DNA of 45,242 nucleotides from Pseudomonadota bacterium (GCA_043767805.1 JAYUGC010000197.1:1-45242); one strand, 5' to 3'. Shown: positions 34,689-43,240, numbered from the stretch's first letter. Made by a program: numbers and translations. The notes: generated by a model not told the origin, from the sequence alone.

Positions 34689-35486
34689 ATGAGATTTCTC
34701 TCTGCCCTCGTCGTTTTCTGCACGATTTTCTCGTCTCTCTCTCTTTTCGCGGTCCCTTCCATCGAAGGTTACGACCCGGACGTAAACCGCAACGAGATAG
34801 ACTCCGTTCCTTACGTGTCGCCTCCCGCCCGCGACCTGCCCCGGCTTTGGGACTGGCGCTGGCATAACGCCGTGAGCCCCATCAAAGATCAGGCGTCTCC
34901 CGTCTACTGCGGCAGCTGCTGGGCCCACGGCACGACCGCGGTCATCGAATCGATCATAAAAATCAATACCGGCCGGGACGTGGATCTCTCCGAGCAGCAG
35001 CTCGTCAGCTGCTCGCCGAGCTATGGCACCTGCCAGGGCGGCAACTTCGCGTTCGGTTTCTACACGACCAAGGGAGGCGCGTACGAAGCCGACTTCCCCT
35101 ACAAAGCGGCGAACGTCGCTTGCAAGGCCGGGCTCCCGGTGCAGGAAAAAATTAAAAATTATTACAAGATCGGAAGCAAAGGCCGCGGACCGACCGTGGA
35201 AGAAATGAAAACCGCGATTTTCACTTACGGTCCCATCGCGGTCACGGTCAGCGCTTCGGGAGCTTGGAACTTCTACAAAGGCGGCGTTTACTCCGGCTGC
35301 AATTCCAACCCTATCAACCATCTGGTCGCCCTGGTCGGTTACGACGACGATCAAAAGGTGTGGATCCTCAAAAACTCCCACGGCACGGCCTGGGGCGAGC
35401 AAGGCTACATGCGCATTCCTTACTTGGGACCGAACGGAACCAAGTGCAATAATGTCGGCTTCGAGGCGATGTACGCCGTCTATTAA
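34689..35486 (+). CDS. secreted papain-family (C1) cysteine peptidase
   Basis: LPRLWDWR, KDQ..CGSCWAH, DLSEQQLVSC, YGPIAV, NHLVALVGY, WILKNSHG..WGEQGY; GGAGG SD. Confidence 0.95.
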   Translation: MRFLSALVVFCTIFSSLSLFAVPSIEGYDPDVNRNEIDSVPYVSPPARDLPRLWDWRWHNAVSPIKDQASPVYCGSCWAHGTTAVIESIIKINTGRDVDLSEQQLVSCSPSYGTCQGGNFAFGFYTTKGGAYEADFPYKAANVACKAGLPVQEKIKNYYKIGSKGRGPTVEEMKTAIFTYGPIAVTVSASGAWNFYKGGVYSGCNSNPINHLVALVGYDDDQKVWILKNSHGTAWGEQGYMRIPYLGPNGTKCNNVGFEAMYAVY

Positions 35487-35552
35487 CTAGCCTTTTCCGA
35501 CGCCGTGACTCGCCTCTTCCAAGGGGGCCGGTTTTCTATTATAGATTCGGTC

Positions 35553-36605
35553 ATGCCTCAGACTGAATTTCGTCAACCCGCCGAGTGGGATCTTCACGAC
35601 GCTTGCTGGCTCGCCTGGCCGAGCCATGGCGATCTTTGGCAAGAGAATCTAGCGCCCGCTCAAGAGGAGTTCACGGCGCTGTGCCGGGCCATTACCGGCG
35701 TTGATTTCGAGCTGAAAGACCGCCCCGTGGAGCCGCTTCACGTTCTCGTTCCCGATCGCCAAAGCCGCGCGCAGGCCGAAAAAGCTTTGCGTGGCCTACC
35801 CGTCACCTTCCACGATGTGGGGTTCGGCGATATCTGGCTCCGCGATACGGCACCCATTTTCGTGCAAGACCAAAAGGGGCATACGGCTAGCTCCTCGTTT
35901 CTCTTCAATGGCTGGGGCGGGAAATACGTGCTCGACCACGACGCGGGAGTGAGCGCCGCCATCGCGAAGCTCGCCAAGTTTCCAAGCAAGCATTTTCCCT
36001 GGGTTCTGGAGGGCGGCTCCGTCGAAGTGGATGGACTGGGCACTTGCCTGACTACCCGCCAATGCCTTCTTAATCCGAACCGCAATCCCGGCATGACGGA
36101 AAAAGAGATCGAAACAGGTCTCGCCGAAGCTTTGGGAATCACTAAAACGCTCTGGCTCCGGGACGGGCTCTTAAACGATCATACCGACGGGCACATCGAC
36201 ACCATCGCGCGCTTCGTCCGCCCGGGCACCGTGATCTGCATGGAGCCTTCCGGCAAAGACGATCCGAACACGGCGGTCTTAAACGACATCCGAAACGATT
36301 TGTCCAAAATGACCGATGCTCGGGGCAAAAAGCTCGAAGTGATCACCGTACCCTCTCCGGGGCAAGTCACCAATCAAGACGGCGATATTCTCGCCGCAAG
36401 TTACGTGAATTTTTACATCTCGAACCGCACCGTCGTCGTTCCCAACTACGGCTCGCCTCAGGATGCGGCGGCGGTCGCCCTCATCGCGAAGCTCTTTCCG
36501 GAGCGCAGGACCGTGGGCCGGTCGGCGAAAGCCATTCTTTCGGGCGGCGGCGCTTTTCATTGCATTACTCAGCAGCAGCCGACGGCTGCCCAGGAGACTT
36601 TATGA
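35553..36605 (+). CDS. aguA: agmatine deiminase
   Basis: PAEW, DIWLRDTAP, FNGWGGKY, LEGGS, LNPNRNP, DHTDGHID, SYVNFY, GGGAFHCITQQQP. Confidence 0.95.
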   Translation: MPQTEFRQPAEWDLHDACWLAWPSHGDLWQENLAPAQEEFTALCRAITGVDFELKDRPVEPLHVLVPDRQSRAQAEKALRGLPVTFHDVGFGDIWLRDTAPIFVQDQKGHTASSSFLFNGWGGKYVLDHDAGVSAAIAKLAKFPSKHFPWVLEGGSVEVDGLGTCLTTRQCLLNPNRNPGMTEKEIETGLAEALGITKTLWLRDGLLNDHTDGHIDTIARFVRPGTVICMEPSGKDDPNTAVLNDIRNDLSKMTDARGKKLEVITVPSPGQVTNQDGDILAASYVNFYISNRTVVVPNYGSPQDAAAVALIAKLFPERRTVGRSAKAILSGGGAFHCITQQQPTAAQETL

Positions 36606-37477
36606 CGACAAAAAAACCCGTCACCGTGGCGGCGATTCAAATCAAGCTTTCCGATAAGTCCTCCGAAAACGTCGCGGCCATCACTAAACGCGTGCGCGAA
36701 GCTTCGAGTAAGGGCGCTCAAGTCATTCTTCCGTCGGAGCTCTTCGAAGGGCATTACTTTTGTAAGGAAGAAAAGGACGAGTTCTTTGCTCGCGCGCACT
36801 CGGCCGAGAATCACCCGACGATCCAGCACTTCCAAGCCCTCGCCAAAGAGCTGGGCGTGGTCATTCCCGTCTCCTTTTTCGAAAAGACCGGGCACGCCTA
36901 TTACAACAGCGTCGCGCTCGTCGATGCCGACGGCAAAGTCCTCGGCACGTACCGAAAAAGCCACATTCCCGATGGCCCCGGCTATGAGGAGAAGTTTTAC
37001 TTCCGTCCTGGAGATACCGGCTTCAAGACTTGGGCGACCCGCTTTGGAACCTTGGGTGTCGGCATCTGCTGGGACCAGTGGTATCCGGAGTGCGCCCGCG
37101 CGATGGCGCTTCAAGGCGCTGATTTGCTCTTTTACCCGACGGCCATCGGCTCCGAGCCGGCCAATCCCTCGCTCACCACGAAAGACCGCTGGCAGCGGGC
37201 GATGATCGGGCACGCCGTTTCCAACGTCATTCCCGTCATCGCCGCGAACCGGGTCGGTCTCGAAGGGGACCAGCATTTTTACGGCCACTCCTTCATCGCG
37301 GATGTTTCCGGCGATAAAGTCGCGGAGCTCGACGGCGAGTCAGAAGGCGTGCTCCTCGCCACTTTCGACTTGGCGGCTAACGACCGGGCTCGCGCTTCGT
37401 GGGGTTTCTTCCGCGATCGCCGCCCCGATCTCTACAGCGCCCTGCTCACCGCCGACGGCAAAACCCCCATCCGCTAA
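36602..37477 (+). CDS. aguB: N-carbamoylputrescine amidase
   Basis: Nitrilase triad ELFE / YRKSHIPDGPGYEEKFYF / ICWDQWYPE, YPTAIGSEP, FFRDRRP; ATGA overlap with aguA. Confidence 0.96.
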   Translation: MTTKKPVTVAAIQIKLSDKSSENVAAITKRVREASSKGAQVILPSELFEGHYFCKEEKDEFFARAHSAENHPTIQHFQALAKELGVVIPVSFFEKTGHAYYNSVALVDADGKVLGTYRKSHIPDGPGYEEKFYFRPGDTGFKTWATRFGTLGVGICWDQWYPECARAMALQGADLLFYPTAIGSEPANPSLTTKDRWQRAMIGHAVSNVIPVIAANRVGLEGDQHFYGHSFIADVSGDKVAELDGESEGVLLATFDLAANDRARASWGFFRDRRPDLYSALLTADGKTPIR

Positions 37478-37581
37478 AAGGTGTGTGGATACTTTTAGCC
37501 AAAGGAACGCCACACGCTCCCGGTAAGGCCTTGCTTTTGAAGAACCGATTGGCTGGCTAAAAGTATCCACACACCTTTTAG
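37474..37581. repeat. REPIN/MITE-like element with perfect 28-bp inverted arms
   Basis: CTAAAAGGTGTGTGGATACTTTTAGCCA (37474-37501) and its exact reverse complement (37554-37581), 52-bp spacer; each arm is itself a hairpin (CTAAAAG..CTTTTAG). Confidence 0.85.
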
Positions 37582-37679
37582 TAACGCTCCGATGCCTGAC
37601 ATGACGCGGCATCACCCGGAGCCGCCATCGCTACCTGCCCCAGACTCAACAGGAGACTCATCCGTAAGGCCCATTTCAT
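37578..37679 (-). pseudogene. 5' remnant of a secreted-protein gene ending at the repeat element
   Basis: GAGGAGG SD + ATG; MKWALRMSLLLSLGQVAMA-APGDAASCQASERY*; the stop TAA lies inside the repeat arm. Confidence 0.5.
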
Positions 37680-37810
37680 TGTCGTATTCCTCCTCGGAGA
37701 ATTCCCCCCCTTTTCACGCGCAAACAGCGGCCCGGAGGGGTCGCTCGGGCCAAACTTCTTGCAAGGCAAGCTCCTCCTTGAGTAAATCGGGTTTTTGGGG
37801 AATTCAAAAG

Positions 37811-40000
37811 ATGCGTTTCACGTGTGGCAAAGCTCTGCTTTGGATTGGTCTATTTTGGGTAACTCACCTCGCGGCCGCGCCGCACGTGGCTCTGACGCAA
37901 GATAAGCTTTTTATCGACGGCAAACCGGCCCCTTATCTCTTCGGCGCCGAGGTGCAGTATTTCCGCGCTCGCGCCGGCGCCGGAAGAAACGTTCCGGTCG
38001 CCCAAGTCGAAGCGCTTTGGGACAAGCTCATTGGCCGGGTGCTCGAAGCGCACATGAATACGGTGACGCTCTACATCCCCTGGGATTTTCATGAGCCCGT
38101 GGAAGGCACTTTTGATTTTGACGGCACCCTCGATCAGGACGGCGACGGCAACCCGGATTATCCCTCGCGCAACTTGCGCGGCTTTCTGAAACGGCTCGAG
38201 GCGAAGGGAATCCGCCACATCATGGTGCGCCCCGGTCCTTACATTAATGCGGAATGGGGTCCCGTCGGTTTTGGCGCGATCCCGCGCTGGTTCCTCGAAA
38301 AATATCCGGACTCGCTCACCGGCACGCTCACTCCCGGAAAACCGAAGACCGCTTCTTTCGGAAATCCGGTCTACCGCGAAAAGGCGCGCCTTTGGATCGA
38401 GGCGCTTCACCGCCAGGTTCTCAAAGATTTCATCGGCCCAGGCCGCGCCGTTCAGTTTCTCCAAATCGACAACGAGACGAACTATTTCTGGGACTCGGTC
38501 TATGAGCGCGATTACAGCCCCACGGGACTCGTCCGCTACCGCGCGTTTCTCCAAAAAGAGTATCGCACCGTCCAGGCGCTAAACACGGCGTACGGCGCGC
38601 ACTTCACGGATTTTTCCGCCGTCACGCCGCCGACGAGCCCGAAGGACTTGTCTTTCGGCAACACGCGCTGGCATTACGACTGGTACCACTTCCACGACGT
38701 GGAGCTCCGCGACTACTACCGCTTCATCCGCCACGCGTGGGAAAAAGTCGGCGTGCGTGAGCCGAACGTGCTCTTTACGAGCTGTGATTCGATCAACGCT
38801 CCCGACTTCGGGCTTCTACCGCGCCTGGACTACCGTCAGAAGGGAAAGCTATCGCTGACGACGATGAACATCTACCCGAAGACGTTCGGCACTCAAAGTG
38901 AGTCGACGCTCAACACGCCGATGAAAGCCGCTCACGACGCCGTTCTGGTGGGCGCGGCCCACGGCGAGTTTTACGGAAAAGCGGCGCAATGGGTGATGTC
39001 GACGGAAACCGTCGGTGGCTGGTTCGCCCCCACCGAAGTGAGCTTGGCCACGCGCCAGCATACTTACGGCGCTTTGATTGGCTCCGGTGTCAAAGCCATG
39101 GTCATCTATTATTTCCACGAGGGCTGGAACTGGGACGGGCTGGAAAAGACCGACTCGCCTCTCTTCTTCGACGCGCCTCTCGATAAGGACCTGAACCCTC
39201 GCCCCGCTTTCACTCTGCTCAAATCTCTCGGAGAGAGCTTGGAGAAAAATTTGGGAGCTGCGGCCCTCGAAGTGGCGCCGGTGGCGTCCCCGGTACTACT
39301 CGCGCACGACAGCGGCGCGCAGTACCCGGTGCCGGGTGGTCCCGATGCGATTTCCATCGGCTCGACCGACTCCGCCGCTCTCTTCGGCCTTTTGCGCGAA
39401 GCGGGCGCTTGGCCCCAGATCGGCTACCTCGAAAACATGAGCCTCGGCGATCTAAAGCGCTTCAAGCTCGTCGTGTGGAACCACCCGGGCTATCTCCGGG
39501 ACGGGCAGCAGAAGAAGTTTCAGCAGTACCTGGACTGGGGCGGCGCGATTCTATGGATCGGACCGAAACCTCCCGCGGATCTTGGCACTCACGGCGCGGG
39601 CAAGTTCTGGTACGAGCCCATTAACCCGGCGAGCGGGTGGAACGACGATCGCTACTTGGCGCTGGCCAGCGCTCCGGCGACCATCCGGCGCGCGCAAGGC
39701 TGGCTCGATCAGTCGGGGGCGAAACGCCCGGTGGAAGTCGTCGCCAAAGACGGCATTCCTTTCGTCCACGCTTGGACATCGCAATCCAAAAAAGGAAAGC
39801 GTAAACTTCTCTTCATAGAAAACTTCTGGAAAACGGATCGCCGACTCGAGCTTGCGCTTCCGGTGAAAAAGAACGCGACCCTCACTCTCGTCCCGCTTTG
39901 GGGCACGAGAGAGGGCACGGCTGACATGCCCGCGGGACGCGGGTCGGTCGGCGTCGAAGCGGACTCGGTTGGCATTTGGGAGATCGTCTCGCGCCCATGA
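37811..40000 (+). CDS. secreted glycoside hydrolase family 35 (beta-galactosidase-like) protein
   Basis: GAEVQYFR, MNTVTLYIPWDFHEP..G.FDF.G, VRPGPYINAEW...G.IP.W, QIDNE (acid/base), STETVGGWF (nucleophile), YYFHEG.NW, FDAPL; signal peptide from ATG 37811. Confidence 0.88.
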   Translation: MRFTCGKALLWIGLFWVTHLAAAPHVALTQDKLFIDGKPAPYLFGAEVQYFRARAGAGRNVPVAQVEALWDKLIGRVLEAHMNTVTLYIPWDFHEPVEGTFDFDGTLDQDGDGNPDYPSRNLRGFLKRLEAKGIRHIMVRPGPYINAEWGPVGFGAIPRWFLEKYPDSLTGTLTPGKPKTASFGNPVYREKARLWIEALHRQVLKDFIGPGRAVQFLQIDNETNYFWDSVYERDYSPTGLVRYRAFLQKEYRTVQALNTAYGAHFTDFSAVTPPTSPKDLSFGNTRWHYDWYHFHDVELRDYYRFIRHAWEKVGVREPNVLFTSCDSINAPDFGLLPRLDYRQKGKLSLTTMNIYPKTFGTQSESTLNTPMKAAHDAVLVGAAHGEFYGKAAQWVMSTETVGGWFAPTEVSLATRQHTYGALIGSGVKAMVIYYFHEGWNWDGLEKTDSPLFFDAPLDKDLNPRPAFTLLKSLGESLEKNLGAAALEVAPVASPVLLAHDSGAQYPVPGGPDAISIGSTDSAALFGLLREAGAWPQIGYLENMSLGDLKRFKLVVWNHPGYLRDGQQKKFQQYLDWGGAILWIGPKPPADLGTHGAGKFWYEPINPASGWNDDRYLALASAPATIRRAQGWLDQSGAKRPVEVVAKDGIPFVHAWTSQSKKGKRKLLFIENFWKTDRRLELALPVKKNATLTLVPLWGTREGTADMPAGRGSVGVEADSVGIWEIVSRP

Positions 40001-41244
40001 GGCGTTTTGCTCTGTCCTTACTTCTCATAGTCCTCTCGGCGCCTTCGGCGAGGGCGGACGTACGCGCGGAGCTCGAGAAGCGATCGCTCCAGTTTTTTCT
40101 CGAGCACACCCACCCGGTAACTGGCCTCGCGTTGGATCGCGCGCCGAACCGAGCGCCGTCTCCCGGCGATGCGGCCAACACCATGGCGTCTCTCGCCTCG
40201 ACGGGCTTTGGCATGGCGGTGCTCGCGAACGCAGCCGCGAGAGGCCAGCTCCCCCGAGAACAAGCCCGGCAGATCATTTTGAGGGGACTGCGCTTCGTCT
40301 GGAACCGCCTCGATCACCATCACGGCTGGCTTTATCATTTCGTCGACTGGAACACGGGCGCCCGCTTCCGCCTGAGCGAGGTTTCCACCGTCGATACCGG
40401 CTGGTTCATCGCGGGCGCGCTCACCGCGGCCGCTTACTTTCCAGGCGAAGAGATCGACTGGCTCGCGCAGAAGCTCTACAAGCGCTTGGATTTTGACGAC
40501 ATGAGAACCCACGGGGGACTCAAGCCAAACAAGCACACGCTCTCCATGGGATGGAGTCCCGAGACGGGGTACCTGCCTCCCCAATGGGATACCTATTCGG
40601 AACACCTCCTGCTTCACATCCTGGGGCTAGGTCATCCGACGCATCCGCTCGGGGTAGAAAGCTGGAAAGCGTGGAAGCGCCTGGCCCTGGACGTCGCCCC
40701 TGGCATACGTCTCATGGGAAGCGACCAGTCCCTCTTCGTGCATCAGTACTCCCATCTCTTCATTGATTTTAGAAAATGGCGGGACGGCCATTTCAACTAT
40801 TTCCAGAACTCCGTTTTGGCAACGAGCCGGGACAAGAGCCTTTGCGCCGCCGATGGCCGCTTTGCTTCCTACCGCGAAGGCTTTTGGGGCCGGAGCGCCA
40901 GCGGGTCGACACACGGATACGCCGCGTTCTCTCCGCTCTTTCACGACGGTACGGTCTGCCTGGGTTGCGCGGGCGCGTCCGTGCCCTTCTTGCCGCGCTC
41001 GGTGCTTGCCGACCTGGAATCTTGGGTGAACGGCTCGCATGGCTCTCGGATTTGGGGCCGCTACGGATTCGCCGACAGTCTCAATCTCGATGTGGACTGG
41101 GTCGATCCGGACGTTATCGGCATTACGGTGGGCGCGCTGTATCTGGCGCTAGCTGATTTAGGGCCGGCCTACCGTCCCTGGTCGCTTTTCGAAACGCAAG
41201 CCCCGGTCCGGCGCGGCCTTCAGCGCGCCATGCGCCCTTATTGA
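39997..41244 (+). CDS. secreted glycoamylase-domain protein (GH144 endo-beta-1,2-glucanase-like)
   Basis: TGLALDRA, ASLASTGFG, GWLYHFVD, EVSTVDTGW, WDTYSE, LFVHQYSH.FIDFR, NYFQNS, DGTV, WGRYGFADS.N; ATGA overlap with the GH35 gene. Confidence 0.88.
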   Translation: MRRFALSLLLIVLSAPSARADVRAELEKRSLQFFLEHTHPVTGLALDRAPNRAPSPGDAANTMASLASTGFGMAVLANAAARGQLPREQARQIILRGLRFVWNRLDHHHGWLYHFVDWNTGARFRLSEVSTVDTGWFIAGALTAAAYFPGEEIDWLAQKLYKRLDFDDMRTHGGLKPNKHTLSMGWSPETGYLPPQWDTYSEHLLLHILGLGHPTHPLGVESWKAWKRLALDVAPGIRLMGSDQSLFVHQYSHLFIDFRKWRDGHFNYFQNSVLATSRDKSLCAADGRFASYREGFWGRSASGSTHGYAAFSPLFHDGTVCLGCAGASVPFLPRSVLADLESWVNGSHGSRIWGRYGFADSLNLDVDWVDPDVIGITVGALYLALADLGPAYRPWSLFETQAPVRRGLQRAMRPY

Positions 41245-42005
41245 AAAAATCCGTCCGGCAAATCTCCGCCTACCGCTTGTACTGGCTCGTAAGCTTTCGC
41301 GGGGACGACCCACGCCGCGGCAGAGTATTTCGGAACTTTCACTTTGGAGTGCGGCTTGAGTTTCACGCTCATGGCGACCTTACCGTCGGAGGGCGTGTAA
41401 TTGTCGCCCGCCTGAAAATCGAGAACCACGAACTCGTGGTGGATGACCTTGCCGCTATTTTCACCGGCGAGAATCTTGGAGACGACCCCGTCGCCCATGA
41501 CCGCAACCACGAGCGACCAGGATTGCGGTTTAGTGAGCGACGGACGAAAGACCACTTCCGCCGAGCCATCCTTTCGCATGGTGAGTTTTAGCGAGCCCGG
41601 TTCACCTTGGGCGGAGGGCATGACGCCCGCCTGCCAGGCTTCCCACTCTTTCCCCTGAAAAACGAGAGCCGGGGTGTAGACGCGGTTCGATTGCCATTTA
41701 TCGGCGTAGCCTCGCTGACGACGAGTAAATTCTTTTTGCGCGAGCTTATCGACCCAGCCCAAGCGGTCCCAGTAATCGACGTGAAAAGCGACCGGAACGA
41801 AGCGCTTCCAAAGATCGGCCCGCTTTCTAAGGCCGGAGAAAAACTCGTCGGCTGGTGGGCAGCTATTACAGCCTTCGGAGCTAAAGAGCTCCAGAAGCCC
41901 CACGGTATTTTTGCCGCTCAAGAACTCGGCGATGGAGTCGGCCGCGGCCACCGAGGCCCCGCCCAAAACCAGAAGCGATCCAAGCAAAAAGACCCGGTAA
42001 ATCAT
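41238..42005 (-). CDS. DUF1223 thioredoxin-like secreted protein
   Basis: ELFSSEGCNSCPPAD, FHVDYWDRLGW.D, RQ..Y, VYTP, GENSG. Confidence 0.92.
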   Translation of the reverse strand: MIYRVFLLGSLLVLGGASVAAADSIAEFLSGKNTVGLLELFSSEGCNSCPPADEFFSGLRKRADLWKRFVPVAFHVDYWDRLGWVDKLAQKEFTRRQRGYADKWQSNRVYTPALVFQGKEWEAWQAGVMPSAQGEPGSLKLTMRKDGSAEVVFRPSLTKPQSWSLVVAVMGDGVVSKILAGENSGKVIHHEFVVLDFQAGDNYTPSDGKVAMSVKLKPHSKVKVPKYSAAAWVVPAKAYEPVQAVGGDLPDGFFQ

Positions 42006-42078
42006 GATGGGAGCCTACCATAAGGCCTCCGGCGAAAAAACGGGTCCCACGAATCGTGAACACTGATACAAGATCCGC

Positions 42079-42549
42079 ATGACAAATCCTCCGATTCGGC
42101 AGATCTCCTGGCCCGGCGTCATGGCTCAAGTCGTGGTGATGATGTCGCTGCTCTGGGGCCTCGACGCCTGGCTCGGAAAAGGCAAAGGCGCGCCCCCGGC
42201 TCTAATCACCTATCTCGTCTACACGGCGATCTCCCGGATGATCCTCTCCCGGGATCACCGCCGAGGCGTGCAGCTTGTGCGCCGAGGGAAGTTCGACGAG
42301 GCTATCGACTCGTTTCGGGCGAGCGCCCATTTTTTTCGTACGTATCCCTGGATCGATAAGTACCGAGCCATAATTCTCATGTCACCTTCCGCTCTAACTT
42401 ACCTCGAGATGGCCTTGGTCAATGTCGCCTTTTGTCAGGCGGCGGCGGGCCGGAAAGAGGAAGCCCGCGTCAGTTACGAGAAGGCGCTTAGCGAGTTTCC
42501 TCAAAGCGGGCTCGCTTCCCTGGGGCTCAGAAGACTCGCGGAAACATAA
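42079..42549 (+). CDS. membrane-anchored TPR protein
   Basis: Two N-terminal TM segments; TPR-like units G..L...GKFDEAI..F and A.C...GRKEEA..YEKAL..FP. Confidence 0.8.
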   Translation: MTNPPIRQISWPGVMAQVVVMMSLLWGLDAWLGKGKGAPPALITYLVYTAISRMILSRDHRRGVQLVRRGKFDEAIDSFRASAHFFRTYPWIDKYRAIILMSPSALTYLEMALVNVAFCQAAAGRKEEARVSYEKALSEFPQSGLASLGLRRLAET

Positions 42550-42579
42550 AAAAACCGGGTGCCCCGAAGGACACCCGGT
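42548..42579 (-). terminator. intrinsic terminator
   Basis: Minus strand ACCGGGTGTCC-TTCG-GGGCACCCGGT followed by a T-tract. Confidence 0.85.
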
Positions 42580-42602
42580 CGGATTTGCCGACGAGGCCTA
42601 GC

Positions 42603-43076
42603 TTACGACTCGCGTTCGCAGCTCACTACGCAATTGTCGTGGAGCGCGTCGCAGGCGTCTTCCGCCGCGTCATAGGCCGCCTCATAGGCGGTCGATCGGA
42701 ACGCATGGCCGCCGTCGTGATCTTCGGCCATGTCGTCATAGCCAGTGCAACGCCAGTAGCCGGTGTAGACGAAACCCTGGTCATAGCCCGGGTAAAAGCC
42801 GCCGCTGTAACGGTCATAACCGTACCAGTACCAGGGATGGCGGGTCGGATTGAAATGCCATTTGTAGTAGTTCCAGTTGTGGTGCCGTTTCGGCCAGATG
42901 TGCCCATGGGACGGATGTTGGCCGGGTCCAGGGCCCGGTAGAGCGGCGTAGTCTCCAGCGACTGTCGTCGGGGCCGCTGGATCCAAAGCCGACTCATCGG
43001 AATAGGTACCGGCTCGCAGGGCGCTTACGCTCCCCGCCAAAAATAATGAAACTAAAGTTAAAACAACTCGGTTCAT
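42603..43076 (-). CDS. secreted His/Trp/Tyr-rich protein with Cys-containing C-terminal domain (DUF4189-like)
   Basis: GGAGG SD; signal peptide; low-complexity H/W/Y/G middle; C..D...G...A...A...C....C.V.C tail. Confidence 0.75.
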   Translation of the reverse strand: MNRVVLTLVSLFLAGSVSALRAGTYSDESALDPAAPTTVAGDYAALPGPGPGQHPSHGHIWPKRHHNWNYYKWHFNPTRHPWYWYGYDRYSGGFYPGYDQGFVYTGYWRCTGYDDMAEDHDGGHAFRSTAYEAAYDAAEDACDALHDNCVVSCERES

Positions 43077-43148
43077 ATTTGCCTCCCCCTCCTTTTACCA
43101 TCGACTCGAGCCGGCCCAATCGCCGGCACTAGATTCGCCTAAGCAAAT

Positions 43149-43164
43149 TGCAATCTAGATGCCA
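43149..43164 (-). promoter_or_regulatory. putative sigma-54 promoter
   Basis: Minus strand TGGCATctagaTTGCA, near-consensus, upstream of the gene starting at 43076. Confidence 0.75.
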
Positions 43165-43240
43165 TGATAAGGCGGGAAAAGAGGCCGAGCACGGCGGCCT
43201 TCTCAGCAGATATGAGACAAACTGAATCAGCTAAGTGGCG

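Noticed and set aside
37474..37581. CRISPR mini-array interpretation of the 28-bp repeats
   Set aside because: Only two copies, inverted rather than direct, and no cas genes in the window
37747..37763. Possible plus-strand sigma-54 promoter for GH35 (GGCCAAACTTCTTGC)
   Set aside because: GG-to-GC spacing is 11 nt, not the required 10
37592..37810. 73-aa N-terminal extension of the GH35 ORF
   Set aside because: Ser/Pro-rich non-coding-like translation; the signal peptide starts at ATG 37811
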